This document shows positions 56,913 through 64,000 of a stretch of 64,000 nt of DNA, piece after piece (the stretch's first letter is position 1; every line of letters starts with the position of its first letter). A program made the position numbers and the translations under genes. Below the pieces are notes generated by a model, which was not told the origin of the DNA, did not search any database, and saw only the letters and a list, made by a program, of their open reading frames with translations. Source of the DNA: Schizochytrium sp. TIO01 (lineage: Eukaryota > Protista > Bigyra: Labyrinthulomycetes); contig SMSO01000033.1 in assembly GCA_004764695.1 (NCBI GenBank), forward strand, positions 1,860,001 to 1,924,000, read 5' to 3'.

Positions 56913-59900
56913 TTACAACAGACAGGATACCTTTTCGAAAAATAGTAAATAAGCTTCGTCCTCTAGAACCTGGTCTCTCGCTACTGGTCGCACTTGAGCA
57001 TCTGATGCAAACCACCACTGAGTCCGCAACGGAGGATTCGTGGGAGCTAATACGTTTTCTTTTCCATGTATAATTTGTCCATTTTGTTCTTTGGCAGATG
57101 GTTTTGATGTACCCACTTCGCCTGCGATATTCGATGCATCTTTCTCAATATCCGCAGAACAAGAGGTGACATCAGCTGGAGTGGTAGGTGCTATAGAATC
57201 CCCAGCCTTACCAACCTCGTGAAGAGTCTCACTGACCCTATCTTTCTGAAATAGAGTTTCGTCTTCCTCGCTCTTCTGCCCGGTATTGAGCACAAGCGCA
57301 CGGGTATAAGAAATATAGTGACCACGATTTAAGCCAGCACCACGGTGACAAACAACACCATAGAGTCGATACTTAACAGTTTCACCGGCAAACGTAAAAT
57401 CTTCATACTCAGAAACCCGTACATGCGTTTTCACCTTGTGTGTGCGCACCATACCTTTGCTAAATGTTGTTTGGAAGCGCTTCAAATGAAGAATGAAAAC
57501 CGGAGGTGCGCGTGAAAGAGTATCCCGGATTACTGCGTCTCGCTTCGTGACTAAAGGTTTCGATGGGGATGCAGGTGCTGAGTTCAACGTAGCACCAACA
57601 GCACCCATCATGTTGGCATCATTTTCAGGTCCACTATCGTCACTGTCAACAGCTGGATTCGTTGATAGCATAGCTTTATCTTCATCACAAGTCACTTCTC
57701 CAAACTCATTAGAATCGCCATCCTCGCTTTGATCACACTGGGAGTTGATCAAGGCATAAGCTGACCGCTCGTGGCGAGACGCTGAAGTGTCGTCACTCAG
57801 AGCAGGATCACTATCATCTGAGAGGTAGCAATCTTCGCCATCAACACCGTCATCTTGCTCATCTGCCGAGGCATTGCAAATGTTTGTGTTATCAACTGTG
57901 TTGAGGTTCAAACTGCCAAATTGATTTGCAATGTCATCTTCAATAATGTCGCTACCCTCACTGTGACCTCGAGTAGGTCTATCGAAATCAGCGGATGCGC
58001 TATTGCGGAGGGGATTGTTGTCGTCTTCAACAGTGGGTTCGTCACTTGAGCTAGGGTGAGTCTGCGGAGAACCTTCGCCTTGGATAACACCGTGGCTTTC
58101 TCCTTTCCACGGCGGGGGAACACTGGTGTTGGGGTTTTCCCGTGAACACTTGTCACATTCAAGCCCATTGTCATCAGCCACAAGAAGTCTCGTCTCTGCT
58201 TGAATTTGGTCCAGACAGTCACTAAGTTTAGCAGAACGCCCATTGGGCAAGTCAGGAACGTCAAGTGAGGTTACAACACTTTCTTCTGTGCGTCTCGAGG
58301 TATTTCCGCAATTCAGACACTTGACCTCGCGTGTAACCTCAGTTGAGAGATTGCGCCATACATATGATTGGAATGTGGTAAAGTTCTGCTTTGCGTCCGC
58401 GACTTTTGTTGATGAAACTGTGCCGTCATGCGGAGCTGACATGCTTTCCTTTTGGCTTGTTACAAGCGCTTTTTCGTCTTCTTCCAAGGCTCGTAAGACT
58501 TCTACGAGGAGCTCATGAGCATCCTGCTGACCATATCCACCCAGCTGCGGAGCACGCAGCATTATCTGGCCAAGAACCTCGCCAGGGTGAACACGCTTAA
58601 CTGGGCGTTTATGAGCTGGGGGTACTGGGTACTCTGTGTCTGATTTGCTCCCTTCATTGTCACTCCAAGCATCATTGTGAAGAGCTTTACCAGAACACGG
58701 GTCTCGCTTCCCCTTTCGTTTTTTGCCAATTCTGCGCCCATGATCTACAACGGTGCCGTACAACACGGCATTGAGAATACCTCCAACCGACTCAGTAAAG
58801 CTCATGTCAAGCTCAGGTTGGTCCTTAGCTTGTTCTTCACCGTCATCCATGGCAATGTCGACATCGTGAAGTAGCCCTGGGGAATGGGCTAGCACCTGGA
58901 GGACGCTATTGAGGAAGCATGAATTTCCAACATTTGAGATGCCAAAGAGTTGACCATCAGGTTTGTATTTATGCTTCTGTTGGGACTTAGATTGGGACGT
59001 TTTTTTATTTGACACCACCATCATACCGCTTTCATATTCAGCAGCGCCACCTAGGCTTTGCGCCTTTACATTTGCTCCAGAGCGTTCTGGTGAAGAAGAT
59101 GCTTCTGAGCGTTTTGTAGACTTCTTCGAAGACGTTTCCTTTTCATTGTTAATAACTTTCTTTGATTTTCTTCCCTTGCGACCCTTGCCCTTTGGGAAAT
59201 TTCCATCTCCATCACCCTCCTCATCTTCATCCGAAGCAGCTTTTTTCTTCTTGGACTTCTTAGTTTTCTTTGGCTTCTTGTCTACTTCATCCTTATCCTC
59301 GTTGTGTTTTGCATCTAACTCAGCTTGCTTTTGTTGTTTTTTCCTATGTTGATGCTGTTGTAGTTCCTCAGCCAAAACAGCCTCCCGAAGCGCGCCCATG
59401 TCATGCGAAGATACCCACTCTTTGATGCTTTCGAGGAAGTCAGGAAGCCGTGAGTCCTTCACAATAACGGGTGTGGCAACTCCAAAGTACGGTGGGGAGA
59501 CACGGGATTTTGACACGCACGCCACACATACAAGCACGCAGTCCTCATCATTAGACGCAAGAACGGCGGACACATGGTGGCTTGTAGACTCGGAATGCTC
59601 CTTAAGGGCCTCTGGTGAGCAGAAGAGAGCGCCGCAGGTCACACAGGTGCATGCAAGGCCCTCAGAGTGCGGAGAGCAGGGCGCTACAGGCTGTGCGGAA
59701 GATGTTGCAACAGAACCAGAGGCAGTCTCAGCGTGCGAACAGTCAGCACTAGAGAGAGGCACGTTGTAGCGTTTAAGAGCTCTCAGGCTGGATTTCTTGA
59801 CACCATCCTTCTTGAGATGCCGACAGCGCAGGATTGTCACTGAGGCCAGGGATGGGGCATGGGACTGTGGAGCAGATGCACAGGGAGGATGAATAGAAGA

Positions 59901-60194
59901 AGAGACAGGCGCAGGTAACTCTGAAATAGAAGAAGTTGGGGAAGGATCCGGAATAGTAGTAGGAGATGAAGGAGAAAAGCTCGAAAGAACAGATGGTGAC
60001 TTCGAACCCTCCGCACCCAACGCAGAAGGAACAGCTAAAGCTTCTAGAGACTGTGACGGAGAGATATAAGAGGAAATAGAGGGGTCAATGGCACCCTCAG
60101 TGTCCACCTCAACGGCGTCGCGCGAGGGCATCGCGCACCGCGCCTTTGCGGTTGTGGCCTTAGCCGCCCAGCCCATGAGAGGACGAGGAGCCAC
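56913..60194 (-). CDS. Ubiquitin-specific protease (C19), USP16/45-like with N-terminal ZnF-UBP-like domain; start probably an ATG slightly inside the ORF
   Basis: Cys box GISNVGNSCFLNSVLQ; QQDAHELL; CLNC...CDKC; ILHLKRF; His box VCHRG...GHYISY; WWFASD. N-terminal CRH...CVTCG..FC...H....HH...CVAC. Confidence 0.88.
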   Translation of the reverse strand: MAPRPLMGWAAKATTAKARCAMPSRDAVEVDTEGAIDPSISSYISPSQSLEALAVPSALGAEGSKSPSVLSSFSPSSPTTIPDPSPTSSISELPAPVSSSIHPPCASAPQSHAPSLASVTILRCRHLKKDGVKKSSLRALKRYNVPLSSADCSHAETASGSVATSSAQPVAPCSPHSEGLACTCVTCGALFCSPEALKEHSESTSHHVSAVLASNDEDCVLVCVACVSKSRVSPPYFGVATPVIVKDSRLPDFLESIKEWVSSHDMGALREAVLAEELQQHQHRKKQQKQAELDAKHNEDKDEVDKKPKKTKKSKKKKAASDEDEEGDGDGNFPKGKGRKGRKSKKVINNEKETSSKKSTKRSEASSSPERSGANVKAQSLGGAAEYESGMMVVSNKKTSQSKSQQKHKYKPDGQLFGISNVGNSCFLNSVLQVLAHSPGLLHDVDIAMDDGEEQAKDQPELDMSFTESVGGILNAVLYGTVVDHGRRIGKKRKGKRDPCSGKALHNDAWSDNEGSKSDTEYPVPPAHKRPVKRVHPGEVLGQIMLRAPQLGGYGQQDAHELLVEVLRALEEDEKALVTSQKESMSAPHDGTVSSTKVADAKQNFTTFQSYVWRNLSTEVTREVKCLNCGNTSRRTEESVVTSLDVPDLPNGRSAKLSDCLDQIQAETRLLVADDNGLECDKCSRENPNTSVPPPWKGESHGVIQGEGSPQTHPSSSDEPTVEDDNNPLRNSASADFDRPTRGHSEGSDIIEDDIANQFGSLNLNTVDNTNICNASADEQDDGVDGEDCYLSDDSDPALSDDTSASRHERSAYALINSQCDQSEDGDSNEFGEVTCDEDKAMLSTNPAVDSDDSGPENDANMMGAVGATLNSAPASPSKPLVTKRDAVIRDTLSRAPPVFILHLKRFQTTFSKGMVRTHKVKTHVRVSEYEDFTFAGETVKYRLYGVVCHRGAGLNRGHYISYTRALVLNTGQKSEEDETLFQKDRVSETLHEVGKAGDSIAPTTPADVTSCSADIEKDASNIAGEVGTSKPSAKEQNGQIIHGKENVLAPTNPPLRTQWWFASDAQVRPVARDQVLEDEAYLLFFEKVSCLL

Positions 60195-60597
60195 CTAGAG
60201 AGAAAGTTTTTACTATACGGCCCACTCGCACGCCACCGAGCGGTACTGGCGCGGACACTTCATATTAATACCAGCAGGTACTTCTACTCTCTCTACTTAT
60301 GTTCAACTATATGATCAGTTTAGAACTTACTTGGCACCCGAGTTAGTACTAACTTAAAAAGTTGCAGTATTATACTTAATCATAAGTGCTTTGTTACCAT
60401 ATGTCTCACAGCCAGTAGGTAGGAGTTTGTCTACCGGGTTGCTAAAACTAGAACTCACCATAGCTGCTTGTAATCAGAATGAACGAGATTCTATCAAAGT
60501 TGAGACTTCCACCAGCATAAAATGCCATTCGCAGAGTTCATGCGCTGATGGGTGGTTGTGGTCTCGACTAGGCTGGAAGGGAGTAACAGAGGAGGCC

Positions 60598-61485
60598 ATG
60601 GCATCATTTGGGCGAAGCCGAGAACCCGATGACTTGGAAAGGTCTCTAGAGAATTTACAAAAGACACTTAAGAACTACGTAAGTTTTAGAGCAACACGAT
60701 GAATATTTCCTCAGCTTGTAATGAATGCACTCAAAGTGAACCTCAGCGCTGACACTAGCATGCTCTGCACGAACTTATCGAAACCCACGCAATAATTTTT
60801 TATGTAGTCATCGGAGCTTTCGCGCACACGTTGCGAAAAGGCATACCTCCGCGAGATTAGCAAGCGCCAAAACGATCAACATGCATGGGTTTCAGGCACC
60901 CAAGGCATGGAGGCATATATCCAATCTATTCTTACTGCTAGACAAGCACAACGGCACCCAATTCAGCGTAGACGGCGGGAAGTATGGCGACATGAATCTG
61001 ACCCTAAGATGCAACAAATAAGAAACGATCTGCTCGAAGCCTCTAAGGCAAGCTTTGGCGCTGCTAGTGGACACAAAACCAAGGAACCTGACAAGGTGGG
61101 TCACAAGGTGATGATCAGAACCGAAAAAGATCTCGAGGAAACCCTGGAGGAGATTGCGCGTGTACGAACTCAACTATTTGACATTGTCGGGGCTTACAAC
61201 CGACGAGAATCCGCTTCAGAGACGCGGATTGCGGAACTGGAAGAGGTATTAAGGACTCTATACAAAAAGGCATTCCCAGCATGCTTCCCTGTAAAGAAGG
61301 CCCATCGCAAGCGGGCAGCGCGTATTATTGCTTCAAGCGTGTTAAATACGCAACCCAATCAACGGCCCCGCTCAGCCATTGCAAGACCCAGGCCTTCATC
61401 CGAATGGCTTTTGGACCTTCAACAACGGCAAGTAAATGGTCTACCTCACGTTCACCCTCGCACGTTGCACAACTTTACTAAATGA
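60598..61485 (+). CDS. Hypothetical coiled-coil protein, spliced (exon 60598-60678, intron 60679-60807, exon from 60808; 3' structure uncertain)
   Basis: Donor GTAAGT at 60679 and acceptor ttttatgtAG at 60807 join MASFGRSREP...LKNY in frame with the 60907-61485 ORF. Heptad-like LEETLEEIARVRTQL...IAELEEVL. Divergent from the USP gene. Confidence 0.55.
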
Positions 61486-63312
61486 ACTCATATGCTGACA
61501 GAAAAGATATGCTGGTTCTCTTATCCCTTCTTTGCAGCTTCGTGATCTATCACACTGCCATGCGCCGAAAACTCATCCGGGCTTACTACATCAAACTGTG
61601 TTGGCGTGCTCGATTTATCTCCATCCAGACAGAGTGCATGTATTGCATTTCCTAAATTTGACTTGCTTGAGTACAACCCTCTTCAATTTGAATCAAGAAA
61701 GGATGAGAACCGTCCAAACTAATAGTAAATCTCCGATTGACTTGGGCAAGACTAGATATGCTTGTATCTGTTTGTTTTGTTTTGATAAAAGACCGAAGTA
61801 ATAACATATACATGCTTAAATTGAAGCTATACGCATCAATGCCAGTCTCTGGCACTGCACAATCTTTCTCTGAGCTGGAGAGTACGCTGTAAGCTGGATC
61901 TTCCGGATCTTTTCACAAAGTTACGGAATGGAAGCTATCTCCGAATAGATCAAGATTTGTGAGAAGGTTTTAACAAAGCCTCTTGTATCTCAGAGCAAAT
62001 ATTCATGGAAGGATTCGTCTTCAAATTATGTTGGTTTCCCACATGAGCATTTCAACATTTTGTTTTATTGGGATGTTTATTCATTAAAAAATAAATTTGT
62101 CTTCATTTTTGGTTTCACAGTCTGGTGTGTTTGAGCGCTGATTTATAAGCATTATGTTTATCATGGAAATCAACAGAGTTGTTACATTTTCCAATATTGC
62201 AGCCAGGAGTCCATACTAGCTGCTTAGTCTATGAAAGCAGGTATAACGAACTAAGCAAGCATCTTGCAGGACAGTTTAGTTTAGCAAATCTGAAGCTATA
62301 TATTATACGAGTCCGTCTACGCCACAGATTGACTTCACGAAAAGTTGGCAGAAAAGAGCGCGAAGCCCACTAATCGCATTGGTTAGTTCTTAGAGGCAGG
62401 CTTTTCGTTTTTAATTGTAACCATAGAACCTACAGCTTTCGCTCCTAGTACGTAGCCGCATTCAATCCACATCTAGATTTGAGATGGTGCTGCACATATA
62501 CGAAGTACAATGAAACGATTGGCAGGCAGCCGAATCGGAAATCGGTGCTCTACATGCGAGCATGATTATCTTTCCGCAACCCTGGTCGCTAAACAAGTCA
62601 ACGTTGGTCCAATCTTGAGGATTAGTAAATTTAAAGACTCCGACTCGAGTCTCAGGCGTTTCTTTAAACCCGTGAGTTGCTCGTCGCAAGCGTGATAGCT
62701 CTCACCTACTTAGTACCTACTAGTAGTAGATATTCCGCACGTACTATGAAGGATAGTCGTCTTATAGTAATCTTAGTAGCAGTAGGTCACCAAATAAACA
62801 TGATCAATTAGGGGGCATCTTATGCACACTTTAGAGTGCAGAGACGTATTTCTTGCTGCTGCCACTCTCAGTACATTCCTGGACAGAGTTATGAGTTAAA
62901 ATCTTTCAACATTTGTAAAAACTCAAATCAAAACTAATAACTCACTTCAGCAGCTCTCTCTGTTGCTTCAAAATGTTAATTAGCACGAGGAGGACGACGA
63001 GAAATCAGGGGTTTGTATATTTTTTGTTTATTTATTTTCCTTTTAGAGAAAGATAGTTTGGCCAATCTTCGTTATTTGTCCTCAGTCCAAGCTTCCTACT
63101 TTGACCACCCGGGCGAGTCTGGAGCGAGCACTCTGCACCAATTTGGGGCTTTGCCTTTAAGCCTTAAAAGCTAATAGCGACGCGCTGTGCTGCTGCAAGA
63201 TGAATGGCATCTCTATCCTTCGAAGAGCTTTCTTTTGCGCAAGTCAATCCCTCCCGACCAACTAAACAGAGAACGACACTTGAACTCGAAGGTTTTGCGA
63301 ACACATCAATCG

Positions 63313-63367
<55 letters not shown>
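63313..63367. repeat. (TCAA)n microsatellite
   Basis: Read directly. Confidence 0.95.
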
Positions 63368-64000
63368 GGGCACTTTACGACTAATACCTTCCTGAACCAC
63401 ACGCAGGTAAGTAGGTACGTACCTAATATCTAGATAGCACTTAGTTTCACGCACTCCCTCTCTCTCTCTCTAATAATGGTAGCGAGAGGAGATGAGTTGG
63501 AATCTTTTAGCTTCAATCTGAGTTGAGTAAAAACTCAAGCCAAAACAATCACTCGCTACGTTTCCCCACGCCTCGTCAATGTTCGAGCCGCCTGCCCTCA
63601 CCTAACTTTTCACCTCTTTTCATTTCATCTTTGACAAACTCCTAAAGACACGGAGCAGACAAGAACCAGAGACAGACAACCCACGCCTCTCCTTAGCCTT
63701 TCCGAAACCAGGCATTCGATCCTTAGTTCGTCGTTTTTGATGTCATAACCATGGCCAACCTCCCTCGCCCATTCGCCTCTCTTCTTCTGTGTACCGATCT
63801 ATCAAGTCAAGCAAGCGCAGCATTTACCTCGCTTTGCTAGGGTTTCAACAGCATTAGAGATTATGATATGAGGCGCTGGTAGGAGGTAACAGTAGAAAAC
63901 GCACTTGAAGGAAAGAAGCAACATACAGGGCTCTCGCCATGCTGGTGGTAAATCATGGCACCTATCCGGCTTACAGGGGGAAGATAGTAGCTTCTAGGGC

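Overview
Eukaryotic, intron-poor genomic DNA with GC-rich CDSs, AT-rich intergenic DNA and many microsatellites. The style fits a protist such as a labyrinthulomycete/thraustochytrid, but that is inference. Left ~36 kb (accessory-like): three co-oriented, intronless paralogs encoding ~1,150-aa secreted, acidic, Cys-rich proteins, each built from two VWD-like repeats. Two mobile elements lie between paralogs 1 and 2. (i) An IS607-family element with a serine-recombinase tnpA broken by one in-frame stop, overlapped by an apparently intact Fanzor2/TnpB RNA-guided nuclease ORF and followed by a structured candidate omegaRNA. (ii) A degenerate Ty1/copia retrotransposon with TSD GCTAC, an almost absent 5' LTR, and a 3' LTR lying tail-to-tail with a diverged LTR copy, giving an ~850-bp fold-back. 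Right ~27 kb (housekeeping-like): GT90/CAP10-type glycosyltransferase, RPB6, ER Hsp70 HYOU1/GRP170, AP-1 mu, a USP16/45-like deubiquitinase and a spliced orphan gene. The most interesting system is the IS607-Fanzor2-omegaRNA locus, where both visible tnpA lesions fall at wobble positions of the overlapping Fanzor frame.
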